A DNA stretch of 64,000 bases from an uncultured Verrucomicrobiota bacterium (GTDB lineage: Bacteria; Verrucomicrobiota; Verrucomicrobiia; Limisphaerales; J093). Numbering within the stretch: position 1 is the first letter of the stretch; every line of letters begins with the position of its first letter. Under the pieces are notes generated by a model, which saw only the letters and a list, made by a program, of their open reading frames with translations, ran no database searches and had not been told where the DNA came from. The position numbers were made by a program, and so were the translations under genes. Where the stretch lies: assembly GCA_964568145.1 (NCBI GenBank), contig CAZMOZ010000016.1, positions 9,766-73,765 of the forward strand, in the 5' to 3' direction. Positions 28,393 through 38,831 of this stretch are shown in pieces.

Positions 28393-29217
28393 ATGCTTAA
28401 AACCGTCCCCCAATTGATCCGGTCTGCAGCGCAGGCCGGCCGTTTCTATCCGGGCAGCCCCACGCGGTTGCAAGCGGATGTGAACGGGTATCTGGAACAG
28501 GTTTCCCCCGCCGAAGGCCCGGTGCCCAAGGCGGTCATCGCCCCGCACGCCGGCTACGTGTATTCCGGCCCGGTCGCCGCGTCGGCGTTCATCCGGCTCG
28601 CCCCGGCGCACGCGCGCCTGCGCCGGGTGGTGCTGCTCGGGCCGTCGCATTACGAGGACTTCGAGGGCCTGGCGGCCACGGCGGCGGACGCGTTTGCCAC
28701 GCCGCTGGGCCTCGTGCCGGTGGATTCCGAGGCGATCGAACGCGCGCTGGACCTGCCACAGGTCAAGGTGTTCGACCGCGCGCACACCCCGGAGCACTGC
28801 CTCGAGGTGGAACTGCCCTTCCTGCAAACCGTGCTGGATGAGTTCGTCATCGTGCCGTTGCTCGTCGGCCATGCCGACCCGGCTGAGGTGGGCGAAGTCC
28901 TCGACGCGCTCTGGGACGGCGAGGAAACGTGCGTGGTGGTGAGCTCGGACCTGAGCCATTACCTCGACGCCGAGACCGCGCGGCGGGTGGACCGCGCCAC
29001 CGCGCGGGCGATCGAGGCCTTGCAGGGCGATGCGCTGGACGGGCGTTGCGCCTGCGGCTGCCGGGCCATCGCTGGTTTGCTGTGCTTGGCGCGAACGCGC
29101 GGGATGAGGGTGGAGACACTGGACCTGCGCAATTCCGGCGACACCGCCGGGCCCACGGACCGCGTGGTGGGCTACGGCGCCTTCGCGTTCTTCGAGCCGG
29201 AAACTTCCACCCGCTGA
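28393..29217 (+). CDS. amrB: AmmeMemoRadiSam system protein B (Memo-like)
   Basis: AGRFYPGSPTRL...AVIAPHAGYVYSGPVAASAF and SSDLSHY are Memo hallmarks. Start at ATG 28393. Confidence 0.85.
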   Translation: MLKTVPQLIRSAAQAGRFYPGSPTRLQADVNGYLEQVSPAEGPVPKAVIAPHAGYVYSGPVAASAFIRLAPAHARLRRVVLLGPSHYEDFEGLAATAADAFATPLGLVPVDSEAIERALDLPQVKVFDRAHTPEHCLEVELPFLQTVLDEFVIVPLLVGHADPAEVGEVLDALWDGEETCVVVSSDLSHYLDAETARRVDRATARAIEALQGDALDGRCACGCRAIAGLLCLARTRGMRVETLDLRNSGDTAGPTDRVVGYGAFAFFEPETSTR

Positions 29218-29354
29218 ACCGGAACACGCTTCACTGCGGGCCGTGGTGACGTTGGCGACCTCGCCTGCGGCAGTCACGCGGGCGGCCCGCCCGCGCCCGC
29301 AGATGTGGACCTCCGCGCCCGAAGTTGCCGGGCGTCGGGAAACTCCGCCCGCCG

Positions 29355-29432
29355 GAAATCCAAATCCGAAGTTCCAAGTTCCAGATTCAAAGTCCCAAGC
29401 CCAAGTCCAGAGTCCACAGACCTCGAGCGGTT
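29355..29432. repeat. Word repeat (CCAAGT / AGTCCACAG type)
   Basis: GGAAATCCAAATCCGAAGTTCCAAGTTCCAGATTCAAAGTCCCAAGCCCAAGTCCAGAGTCCACAGACC. Shares GAGTCCACAG words with the reverse complement of 37301-37335. Confidence 0.6.
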
Positions 29433-29576
29433 TGATTAAAGCTGTGGCCGCGTGGGGAGCGCGGGCTTCAGCCCGCTTCACCGTGCGCGGGCAGACGGGC
29501 GTGGAAGCGGCGTGAACGCCGCGCTCCGAAAACGCTGTCGCAAGCGGCCCCAGTTTTATTGAAAACGCGCTCGATC

Positions 29577-29615
29577 CCCGAACCCCGGACCAAGAACCAA
29601 GAACCAGAAACCACC
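29577..29615. repeat. Word repeat (CCAAGAAC type)
   Basis: CCCGAACCCCGGACCAAGAACCAAGAACCAGAAACCACCC. Confidence 0.5.
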
Positions 29616-29720
29616 CGGCATGCCCCCGCGCTTGCCCGGCGGGCGCAACTCGGCCAGACTCCGCCGGCTTGCGACCGGCCCGGCGGTGGGTGCCCGGCCC
29701 GGTCCGGCCGCGCCACACGC

Positions 29721-30845
29721 ATGTCGCCGTCCCAATTGCTCCGCGAACTCATCGCCCTGCCCAGCGTCAACCCGGCCTTTCTGCCGGCGGGCGACCCGCG
29801 CGGCGGCGAGGCGCGCGTGGCGGAGCACCTGGCCCGGCTCGCGAAGACCGCCGGCTTGCGCGTGACCCGCCAACGCGCGCTTCCCGGCCGGGAGAATCTC
29901 CTGCTCACGCTCGCACCGACCGGCCGCGCGCGCCGGCGGGTGATCCTCGCGCCGCATCTGGACACGGTGGGCGCGGAGGCCGCGCAGTTCCGACCCGTCC
30001 AGCGCAATGGCCGGCTGCACGGCCGGGGCGCCTGCGACACGAAGGGTAGCCTGGCGGCCATGTTCAGCGCGCTGACCGCGGTGGCACATTCGGCCCGCCG
30101 GCCCGCCCACACCGAGATTGTCCTGGCCGGCCTGGTGGACGAGGAAGACGGTCAGCGGGGCGCGCGCGCGTTGGTGGCCTCGGGGCTGGCCGCCGACCTC
30201 GCCATCGTGGGCGAGCCCACCGCCCTGAAAGTGATCACCGCGCACAAAGGCAGCCTGTGGCTGGGCCTGGAGACCCGCGGCCGGGCCGCGCACGGCGCCC
30301 GGCCCGGGCTGGGCCGCAACGCCATTCTCGCCATGGCGCGCGTGGTCGCGTTGCTGGAGACCGAGTACGCCTCCGCGCTGCGTTGCCGGCCGCACCCATT
30401 GCTCGGGCCGGCCACGGTCAGCGTCGGCACCATCGCCGGCGGCGTCCAACCCAACATCGTGCCCGACCGGTGTGAAATTCGGGTGGACCGGCGCACCCTG
30501 CCGGGCGAGACCGCCGCGGGTGTCATCCGGGAAATGCAGGCCTTCCTGCGCCTGCACGGCCTCAAGGCGACCATCGCCAACCTCAAGGAGTTGCCCTGCG
30601 ATCCGCTGGAAACCGATTCCAACCTCCCGCTGGTGCGGGCCTTGATGGATTGCGCGGGCCAGCGTCAGCCCGCCGGCGTGGATTACTTTTGCGACGCCGC
30701 GGTGCTCAGCGCGGGCGGCATACCCAGCGTGGTCTTCGGGCCGGGCGACATCGCGCAGGCGCACACGGCTGACGAATGGGTTTCGGTGCGGCAGCTTGAG
30801 CGGGCCATGGTGATCTTGACCCGGTTTCTGCACGCGCTGCCCTGA
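29721..30845 (+). CDS. M20 family metallohydrolase (ArgE/DapE-like deacylase)
   Basis: LLRELIALPSVNP, ILAPHLDTVG and GRGACDTKGSLAAM. Start set to ATG 29721. Confidence 0.8.
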   Translation: MSPSQLLRELIALPSVNPAFLPAGDPRGGEARVAEHLARLAKTAGLRVTRQRALPGRENLLLTLAPTGRARRRVILAPHLDTVGAEAAQFRPVQRNGRLHGRGACDTKGSLAAMFSALTAVAHSARRPAHTEIVLAGLVDEEDGQRGARALVASGLAADLAIVGEPTALKVITAHKGSLWLGLETRGRAAHGARPGLGRNAILAMARVVALLETEYASALRCRPHPLLGPATVSVGTIAGGVQPNIVPDRCEIRVDRRTLPGETAAGVIREMQAFLRLHGLKATIANLKELPCDPLETDSNLPLVRALMDCAGQRQPAGVDYFCDAAVLSAGGIPSVVFGPGDIAQAHTADEWVSVRQLERAMVILTRFLHALP

Positions 30846-30857
30846 CCGCCCGGCTTC

Positions 30858-32069
30858 ATGCGCGTCGCCCTGCTCACCCACGAGCCGTTTTATCCGCCCA
30901 GCGGCGGCGGGTCGGCCGAGGCGTTGTACCTGGTGCGCGAACTGGCGCGGCGCGGCCATACGGTGACGGTGTTTGCGCCCGGCAGCGGCTGGCCGGAAGA
31001 CCTGGCCGGCCAGGCGGGCGCTCGGCTGCAAACCTTCACGACCTGGCCGATGGGCCGGCGCGCGCGCGCGCGGACGTTGAAGTACCTGCTATACCCCGCG
31101 GCGCTCGCCCGGTTAGTGCGACGCGCGACGGCCCGCGAGCGGTTTGACGTGCTGGTGGCCCAGCACGCGATCGCCTGTGTGGCCGCCGGCCGGCTCAAGC
31201 GGCCCCTGCGCGTGCCGGTGGTGATGAACTTCCTCGATCATCTCACCGGCTTCATGGAGACTTGGCCCGCCTGGCTCATGCCCAAGCCGGTGCTGGCGGG
31301 GCTCAAGCGGTACGAACTCGCGCTGCCGCGGCGCTTCGCGGCCGACGCGGTGCTCACCGTCTCGGAACCGCTGGCCGAGCGCTTCGCCGCCGCCGGCTAC
31401 CCGCGCGACCGGCTGCGCCCGATCTTCTACGGCTACGACGCCGCGCTGTTCCGTTTCGACCCGGCGCGGCTGGCGGCGCGGCGGCAATCCCCGCCGGTGG
31501 TGGTGATGCACGGCTCGTTCGACCACCACCACCTGGGACCCATCGCGCTGGACACGATCGCCCGCGTGTGCGCGGAACGGCCGGAGGCGGTGTTTGAATT
31601 CATCGGGCCGGACACACCGGCGTGGCGGCGGTTTGCGCGGCAGGCGGCGAAGCGCGGCCTGGCCGGCGCGTTGCGCCACACGGGCTTCGTGCCGTACGAA
31701 GAAGTGGCGCGCCGGCTGGACGCGGCTTCAGTCGGGCTGGTGCCCTACGAGGAATCGGCGGGCACGCACTGCGCGTTTGTCGCGAAAGTGGTTGAGTATC
31801 TCGCGCTGGGTCTGCCGGTGGCCAGCACGGCCCTCGCTGGCATCCAACGCTATTTCGCAGACGAGCCGCTGGCGCGTTTCGCCGCGTTCGACGGCGCCCG
31901 GCTGGGCGAAGCGGTGCTGGGCTGGCTGGCCGAACCCGCCGCCACGCGCGAGGCGCTGGCCGCGCCGGCCGCCCGCCGCGTGCGCGAGCAACTGGACTGG
32001 CCGGTCATCTGCCGCCGCGCGGTGGACGCCATCGAACTCGCCCAGCAACGCGCGGCGGAACGGAGCTGA
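30858..32069 (+). CDS. Glycosyltransferase family 4 (GT-B fold)
   Basis: MRVALLTHEPFYPPSGGGSAEALYLVRELARRGHTVTVF N-terminus and a C-terminal E-x7-E region (FVAKVVEYLALGLPV). Confidence 0.8.
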   Translation: MRVALLTHEPFYPPSGGGSAEALYLVRELARRGHTVTVFAPGSGWPEDLAGQAGARLQTFTTWPMGRRARARTLKYLLYPAALARLVRRATARERFDVLVAQHAIACVAAGRLKRPLRVPVVMNFLDHLTGFMETWPAWLMPKPVLAGLKRYELALPRRFAADAVLTVSEPLAERFAAAGYPRDRLRPIFYGYDAALFRFDPARLAARRQSPPVVVMHGSFDHHHLGPIALDTIARVCAERPEAVFEFIGPDTPAWRRFARQAAKRGLAGALRHTGFVPYEEVARRLDAASVGLVPYEESAGTHCAFVAKVVEYLALGLPVASTALAGIQRYFADEPLARFAAFDGARLGEAVLGWLAEPAATREALAAPAARRVREQLDWPVICRRAVDAIELAQQRAAERS

Positions 32070-32078
32070 CGACGCATC

Positions 32079-33410
32079 ATGGCCGAGACCACCACGGGCC
32101 GACTCACGTTCTTCCGGCAGACAGGCTGGATGGTGCTGGCGACCGGGTTGATGGGGCTGTTCATGACCGCCACGCAGATGGTCGCGGCGCGGTGGATGGA
32201 GCCCGGCGAATACGCGGTGTGGTTCGCGCTGTTGCGGGTGTACCTGTTGCTGGGCATTCCGAGCATCGGCCTGCAAACGGTCTTTGCGCACCAGGCGGCG
32301 GCCTCGCTGGACCCGGCCTCGCAGGAGCGCCTCCACGCCACGGTGCGCGCGGTGCTGCGCGTGACGTTCCTCCTGTGGCTCGCCGTGGCGGTGGCGACGT
32401 TTCTCGCCCACGGCTGGCTGTTGCGCACGCTCAAGATCGCCAACCCGGCGGCGCTGTGGATCACGCTGGCCATCGGCCTGGTGTCGCTCTGGGCGCCGGT
32501 AATCCGCGGTCTGGTGCAGGGCCATCAACGGTTCGCGGTGCTGGGCTGGGCGTTGATCCTGGACGGCGTGGGGCGGTTCACCGCGGTGCTGCTCATCGTG
32601 CTGGCGGGCGGGCAGGCCGCGGGCGGCATGGCCGGCGCGCTGCTGGGCCAGGTGCTGGCGGTGGTGCTGTGTCTGCGCGTGGTCTGGAGCGACCTCAGCG
32701 GGCCGGGCGCGGGTTTCGACTGGGGGCCGTGGCTGCGGCAGGTCGGCCCCATCACGGCCGCCACGGGCACGGTGCTGTTTTTGTCCACGGCGGACGTGGT
32801 GTACGTGCAAAGCCTGTTTCCGCTCGAGCAATCGCAACGGTACGTGCCGGCGGCGATGATCGGGCTGGCGTTGACGACCTTTGGCGTGCCCATCGCGGCG
32901 GTGATGTTTCCCAAGGTGGCGCGGAGCACGGCGCTGGCGCGGGGCTCGAAGGCCATGCCGCTGGCGCTGGCGGCGACGCTGGGCGGCGGCGCGCTGGCGG
33001 CGCTGGCCTGCACCGCCTTTCCGGAAGTGCCGCTGCGCCTCATCTTTTTCGGCAAGCCGCTGTACTGGCAGGCCGCGCCGCTGGTGCCGTGGTTTGCCTG
33101 GGTGCTGCTGCCGTTGATCGTGGCCAATGTGCTGATCAACAACCTGCTCGCCGCCGGCCGGTTCCGCGTGGTGCCGTGGGTGCTGGCCGCGGGCCTGCTG
33201 TACCTGGGGTTGCTCTTTGGCGGACGCCACTGGCTGCCCACGCTCGAACCGTTCACCGCCTTTCGCGTGCTGCTCGGTACCTTGGGCGCCTGCAATCTCC
33301 TGCTCCTCACCTTCGCGACGATCTTCACGTTGCGCGAGCCGGCCCTGCCGCTGGACGGGAAGAGCGCAGTTGACGCCAGCGCCCGGACCGCCGCACCGTG
33401 CGTCCCGTGA
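32079..33410 (+). CDS. Polysaccharide/oligosaccharide flippase (Wzx/MOP superfamily)
   Basis: 443 aa, about 12-14 hydrophobic helices, adjacent to the GT4 gene. Confidence 0.7.
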   Translation: MAETTTGRLTFFRQTGWMVLATGLMGLFMTATQMVAARWMEPGEYAVWFALLRVYLLLGIPSIGLQTVFAHQAAASLDPASQERLHATVRAVLRVTFLLWLAVAVATFLAHGWLLRTLKIANPAALWITLAIGLVSLWAPVIRGLVQGHQRFAVLGWALILDGVGRFTAVLLIVLAGGQAAGGMAGALLGQVLAVVLCLRVVWSDLSGPGAGFDWGPWLRQVGPITAATGTVLFLSTADVVYVQSLFPLEQSQRYVPAAMIGLALTTFGVPIAAVMFPKVARSTALARGSKAMPLALAATLGGGALAALACTAFPEVPLRLIFFGKPLYWQAAPLVPWFAWVLLPLIVANVLINNLLAAGRFRVVPWVLAAGLLYLGLLFGGRHWLPTLEPFTAFRVLLGTLGACNLLLLTFATIFTLREPALPLDGKSAVDASARTAAPCVP

Positions 33411-34021
33411 CCAGCCGTCCCCCACTCGATCCCGAGGAACGTCGACTGCTCCTCGCCCTGGCCCGGGAAGCTGTGTGCCGCGGTGTGACGGGCGCGCCGT
33501 TGCCGGAGATCGAGGCGTGCAAGGTGCCGCCGCGGCTGGCGGAGCCGGTCGGCTGCTTCGTCACGCTCACGCGCGAAGGCGTCTTGCGCGGCTGCATCGG
33601 CAACCTCGAGCCCCGCTGGCCGCTGTGGCAGGCGGTGCTGGAAAACGCCCGCGCCGCCGCCACCCGCGACCGCCGCTTCCCGCCGGTCGCACCGGACGAA
33701 GTGGAGACGCTCCGCATCGAGATCAGCGTGCTCACGCCGCCGCAGCCGCTGGTCTGCGATTCGCCGGACGCGCTGCTGGCTCAACTGGCGCCGGGCCGCG
33801 ACGGGGTGCTGCTCGAGCTGGGCGCGCGGCGGGCGACGTTCCTGCCGCAAGTCTGGGACAAGCTCACGGACAAGGTCACCTTTCTGGACCAACTGGCGCT
33901 GAAGGCCGGCGGCACGGCGGGCGACTGGTGGCGGCCGGACGCGCGTGTCTCCATCTACGCCGTCGAGCATTTCGCGGAACCCGACGAACCCGGCGCGGCG
34001 CCCGACCCGCCGGGCGCTTGA
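33398..34021 (+). CDS. amrA: AmmeMemoRadiSam system protein A (AMMECR1 domain)
   Basis: VGCFVTLTREGVLRGCIGNLEP is the LRGCIG motif; RDRRFPPV...IEISVLTPP. Overlaps the flippase stop. An alternative GTG at 33407 would give a GTGA overlap. Confidence 0.85.
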   Translation: MRPVTSRPPLDPEERRLLLALAREAVCRGVTGAPLPEIEACKVPPRLAEPVGCFVTLTREGVLRGCIGNLEPRWPLWQAVLENARAAATRDRRFPPVAPDEVETLRIEISVLTPPQPLVCDSPDALLAQLAPGRDGVLLELGARRATFLPQVWDKLTDKVTFLDQLALKAGGTAGDWWRPDARVSIYAVEHFAEPDEPGAAPDPPGA

Positions 34022-34052
34022 ACGCGGTCGCCACCGGGACTAGTCTGCCGCC

Positions 34053-34274
34053 ATGGACATGGCCACCGTCTTCCGCACCTTCAACGCCCCCGAGGCGCAC
34101 GTCATCCGCGGCCGGCTCGAGGCCGCCGGCATCGAGGCCAGCGTTCGCAATGAGTATTCCGCCAGTGCTCTCGGCGCCGGTGGTATCGCTGGCGTGGAGT
34201 ACTACGTGGATGTCCCGGAGGACTCCGCCGAGGCGGCGCGGGAGTTGCTCCGCTCGCCGGCCCAGCCCGAATGA
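34053..34274 (+). CDS. DUF2007 (putative signal-transducing) small protein
   Basis: VFRTFNAPEAHVIRGRLEAAGIEASVRNE...VDVPEDSAEAARELL. Confidence 0.65.
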   Translation: MDMATVFRTFNAPEAHVIRGRLEAAGIEASVRNEYSASALGAGGIAGVEYYVDVPEDSAEAARELLRSPAQPE

Positions 34275-34463
34275 ACCGGACGACCGCCAGCGAAAAGCCG
34301 TCCGGCGGGGCAAAACGGGCCATGAGCTTCAGCCGCGGAGCAGGTTGGCGGGGTGGCTGGCTTTTCCAGCCGGAAGCATGGAAGCCGCTTCCAGCCGTTA
34401 CACAGTCTCCCCGCCTTGCGCTATTTGCGCCTTTCTGCGGCCTTCTTGATCGCGAAATTTAGG

Positions 34464-35846
<1,383 letters not shown>

Positions 35847-35867
35847 GCCGCGGGTGGGAGGCCGGGA

Positions 35868-35965
35868 GGCAGTATTCAGTAATCAGTAATCAGGAGCCAG
35901 TAGTCAGAAGCCAGGAGCCAGAATCCAGTATCCGGCATCTGGCATTCGCCTTCCGATCCTTCCCA
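35868..35965. repeat. Word-repeat element homologous to 13005-13090
   Basis: GGAGGCAGTATTCAGTAATCAGTAATCAGGAGCCAGTAGTCAGAAGCCAGGAGCCAGAATCCAGTATCCGGCATCTGGCATTCGCC. Confidence 0.7.
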
Positions 35966-36003
35966 ACCGCCCGGAGTCACGGTCCCCGCTCCCTGGAGGC
36001 AAT

Positions 36004-36963
36004 CTACTTGGCGGCCGGCTCGATCAATTGTGGAGGAGCAACCGGATCGGATGTCGCTTCCCGCCCCGCCAGCGCCCAGCGGGCGGCGCTGCGCACCGCT
36101 TCGCTCGCGTCGTTGGTGGCCATCTGGAGCGCGGCGATGGCCGACGGCGTGAGCGTCTCCAGGGTGCCCAGCGCGTGCGCCGCCAGTGTCCGTGGGTCTT
36201 CGTGAAGGTCTGATCCGAGCAAGTCAGCCAGCGCGTCCGCAGTCAAGGACGGTTCGTGTCGCTGCGCCGCCAGATGCAAGGCCGCACTGAGCCGGACCCA
36301 GGCTTCCCGATGCCGGAGTTCTGTGACGAGAATCTGCAAGAGAACCGGATTGGACGGGGCTATGGCTTGAAGCGCGCGGAATGCCGAACGGCGCACATGC
36401 CACGTCGGGTGCCGCAGAAGGGCGAGCAGCGGCGGAACGACTTCGGCAGCATCCGGGTGGACCTGCGCCAGTGCATCCGCGGCCCCAGTGGATTCAAACA
36501 GATCATTGCTGGAAACCAGGGCCAGCAGGTCCGGCGCAAGAATGTGGGCGCTCCAACGCAGGGAACCGGAAGTGATTCGTTGGATGGCCTCCATCCGCAG
36601 ACGGGCGGGCGTGTACTCAGATGGTCTGCCAAGAATTGCTGAGGCGCGGACCAGCCAGTTCGGCGCTCCGATTCCACGCAAATGGAGGACGGCCCTTTCG
36701 GCCAGGGTCGGGTGTGCCTTGAGCATCGCGCGCCAGACGGGCAGCGCCTCGTCGCCCCAGCTCATCAACTCATCCAGCGCGGCAAACCGTTTAACCCGGT
36801 CCTTTGAGAAGCGCAGTTCCACCATCCACGCGCTGACGGGCCTGCCTCCCACTCGAGGTTCCGCGGGCCGGCTGACCATCCAGATCGTCCCGGCCGCCAG
36901 CGCCAGGCCAATCGCCGCCGCGGCCCGCCACTTCCAACCGAGTCTGGCCCACAAGCGCTTCAT
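36004..36963 (-). CDS. HEAT-repeat protein with N-terminal TM anchor
   Basis: MKRLWARLGWKWRAAAAIGLALAAGTIWMV followed by HEAT-like repeats (VVPPLLALLRHPTWHVRRSAFRALQ; ATNDASEAVRSAARWAL). Start set to Met at 36963. Confidence 0.7.
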   Translation of the reverse strand: MKRLWARLGWKWRAAAAIGLALAAGTIWMVSRPAEPRVGGRPVSAWMVELRFSKDRVKRFAALDELMSWGDEALPVWRAMLKAHPTLAERAVLHLRGIGAPNWLVRASAILGRPSEYTPARLRMEAIQRITSGSLRWSAHILAPDLLALVSSNDLFESTGAADALAQVHPDAAEVVPPLLALLRHPTWHVRRSAFRALQAIAPSNPVLLQILVTELRHREAWVRLSAALHLAAQRHEPSLTADALADLLGSDLHEDPRTLAAHALGTLETLTPSAIAALQMATNDASEAVRSAARWALAGREATSDPVAPPQLIEPAAK

Positions 36964-37070
36964 GGCTGGTGCCCAGCCTCGGTATAGCCAACCACGCGTC
37001 GGTTCAACCTGAATTCCGAACTTCGGCAGGCGCGCCGCGTTCTGACGAACACCGTCACGCGGGCGGCTGG

Positions 37071-37130
37071 CCAGAAGACAGAAGGCGGCATCTGGCATCT
37101 GGAATCTGGCATCCGCCGTCCGCCATCCAG
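37071..37130. repeat. Word repeat (GGCATCTGG type)
   Basis: CCAGAAGACAGAAGGCGGCATCTGGCATCTGGAATCTGGCATCCGCCGTCCGCC. Imperfect inverted partner at 37265-37300. Confidence 0.65.
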
Positions 37131-37141
37131 GGCGCGGCCGC

Positions 37142-38464
37142 TCAACCAAACATCCGCTTGAGCCGCCAGGCGTCGTAGGCCGCACGCTGGGCGGGGGTCA
37201 TCTTCGCGAAGTCCGGCGCGCCATCGGCCCGCACCGGCCAGGCGGGGGCGGGCTCGGCGGATCCCGGATGCCTGATCCCGGATGCCGGATGCCGGATGCC
37301 AAGGGGACTGTGGACTCGGGACTGTGGACTCGGAACTTCGCCTTCGCGTCCGGCCAGCGGGTTGTTCCGCACTTCGACGCTTGTCCGCGACCCACCGCCA
37401 TAGCTCATGGCCTGGTCGGTCAGTTCGAGGTCTTTTTCCAGCGGGCGATGCGGCTTGAGGCCCTTGCCTTGCAGAACCCCGTGGTAGGCCCGCACCGCCT
37501 CTTCGGGCGTGACGCGGCCGTCGGTGATGAGCCGCAGCATCTCGATGAACGCGAGCTGGTGTTCAGCGTGGTTGATCTTGCGGCCGAACAGCGCCACGCG
37601 CGCGCCGTACTTCTGCGCGTCGTGGATGAGCTGGAAGGCGTCGTAGGTCGTGCCCGCGCCGCCGCCGAGGACGCCGACCACCATGTTCGGGTCGTACTGG
37701 CAGAGCTCCTCGAGCGCGCGCGGCCCGTGATAGACGATCTTCAGGAACAACGGCCGCCCGGCCTCCGGCACGCCGGCCAGCGTCCGCAGGATGTTGTCAT
37801 TGATGAACTCGCCGAGCTTCTCCGCCGGGATGCCGCTGGCCACGTTCGGGTCGAAGACCTCGAGGAAGTGGCGGAACTGCTTCCGCTCGGCCTCTTCGCG
37901 AAATTCCTTGTAGGCAAGGAGTGTCTGGCGGTCCTGTTCGAGGTCGTTGACCCAGGTGACGCTGTACAGGCCGAGGTTGGCGCCGGGGAAGTCGTCCGAA
38001 CTACGGTCGCACTCGACCCGCCCGCACTGGATCTGGTCAATGCTCGCGCTGCGGAAAGGCTGCGCCGGCTCCCGCGTGTAGCTGCCGTGGCGGGCGGCCC
38101 AGACGTCGGTGGTGTCGTTGGCGCGGGCGGCGGGCGTGACCGGCGACTCGCGGAACAGGCCTTCCTGGATGGTCAGCACGTCGTTCACGTAAGCCGACAT
38201 CAACATGATGTCCACCAGGCCCTGCTGGGTGACTTCGCGGATGATGTCGAGGAACTCGGGCAGGTTGCGGTAGCCGAATTCCTCGCGCGTCCAGACCTCG
38301 GGCGAGAACTGGGCGGGCCGCGCGCCCCGGGCGGACAGATACGACCGCGGCCCTGGCGCGCGCACGCCGAAGGCCATGTCCGCGTCCTTGGCGTCGGCGA
38401 GGATGAACGCGCGGGACCGCGGGTTGGCGCGAATCTCGGCAAGCTTGGCGTCGAGGGATTTCAT
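37142..38464 (-). CDS. Conserved hypothetical protein, possibly aldolase-type TIM barrel, with a repeat-encoded insertion near the C-terminus
   Basis: 440-aa ORF. FILADAKDADM, IMLMSAYVND, FLKIVYHG and VGVLGGGAGTTYDAFQLIHDAQKYGARVALFGRKIN resemble DeoC/FbaB/DUF2090-type class I aldolase folds; this is a weak match by eye. Residues SPQSRVHSPLGIRHPASGIRHPGS are encoded by the word repeat at 37261-37340. Confidence 0.6.
   Translation of the reverse strand: MKSLDAKLAEIRANPRSRAFILADAKDADMAFGVRAPGPRSYLSARGARPAQFSPEVWTREEFGYRNLPEFLDIIREVTQQGLVDIMLMSAYVNDVLTIQEGLFRESPVTPAARANDTTDVWAARHGSYTREPAQPFRSASIDQIQCGRVECDRSSDDFPGANLGLYSVTWVNDLEQDRQTLLAYKEFREEAERKQFRHFLEVFDPNVASGIPAEKLGEFINDNILRTLAGVPEAGRPLFLKIVYHGPRALEELCQYDPNMVVGVLGGGAGTTYDAFQLIHDAQKYGARVALFGRKINHAEHQLAFIEMLRLITDGRVTPEEAVRAYHGVLQGKGLKPHRPLEKDLELTDQAMSYGGGSRTSVEVRNNPLAGREGEVPSPQSRVHSPLGIRHPASGIRHPGSAEPAPAWPVRADGAPDFAKMTPAQRAAYDAWRLKRMFG
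37261..37340. repeat. Word repeat lying inside a coding region (CGGATGCC x4, GGACTGTGGACTCGG x2)
   Basis: ATCCCGGATGCCTGATCCCGGATGCCGGATGCCGGATGCCAAGGGGACTGTGGACTCGGGACTGTGGACTCGGAACTTCG. Confidence 0.7.
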
Positions 38465-38611
38465 GCGCTAACCACAAAGGCACGCAAAGCCCGAGAGCAT
38501 CCGATGGCGGCACGTTTGAGGCCGGGTTTGGACTTCGAGACGCGGACGTGGATGAAGACGGCGGAACGGCGATGTTTTGACAGCCGGGGCGCCGTCCCGA
38601 CACCGGCACCG

Positions 38612-38827
38612 ATGCCGACAGTGATGAGCATCGGGCCGTACCGTTTCCATTTCTAAAGCCGGGAGGGCCGGGAGCCGCCGCACATCCACGTGGCCCGCGA
38701 TGATTTTGAAGCCAAGTTCTGGCTGGACCCGATCACGCTCGCGGCGAGTTTTGGCTTCCGCCCGGCGGAACTGCGCGACCTCCAGCGGCCGGTGGAAGAG
38801 CATCGCCAAACGTTGATCGCCGCGTAG
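38612..38827 (+). pseudogene. DUF4160 family gene interrupted by an in-frame TAA at codon 15
   Basis: MPTVMSIGPYRFHF-TAA-SREGREPPHIHVARDDFEAKFWLDPITLAASFGFRPAELRDLQRPVEEHRQTLIAA. The family normally reads ...F(Y)SNE..EPPH(I/V)HV, so TAA sits where Tyr (TAC/TAT) is expected. Confidence 0.7.
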
Positions 38828-38831
38828 ATTC

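Noticed and set aside
28033-29718. 561-aa minus-strand ORF
   Set aside because: It is antisense to amrB and to the repeat-filled spacer, with low-complexity Arg/Gly/Pro composition.
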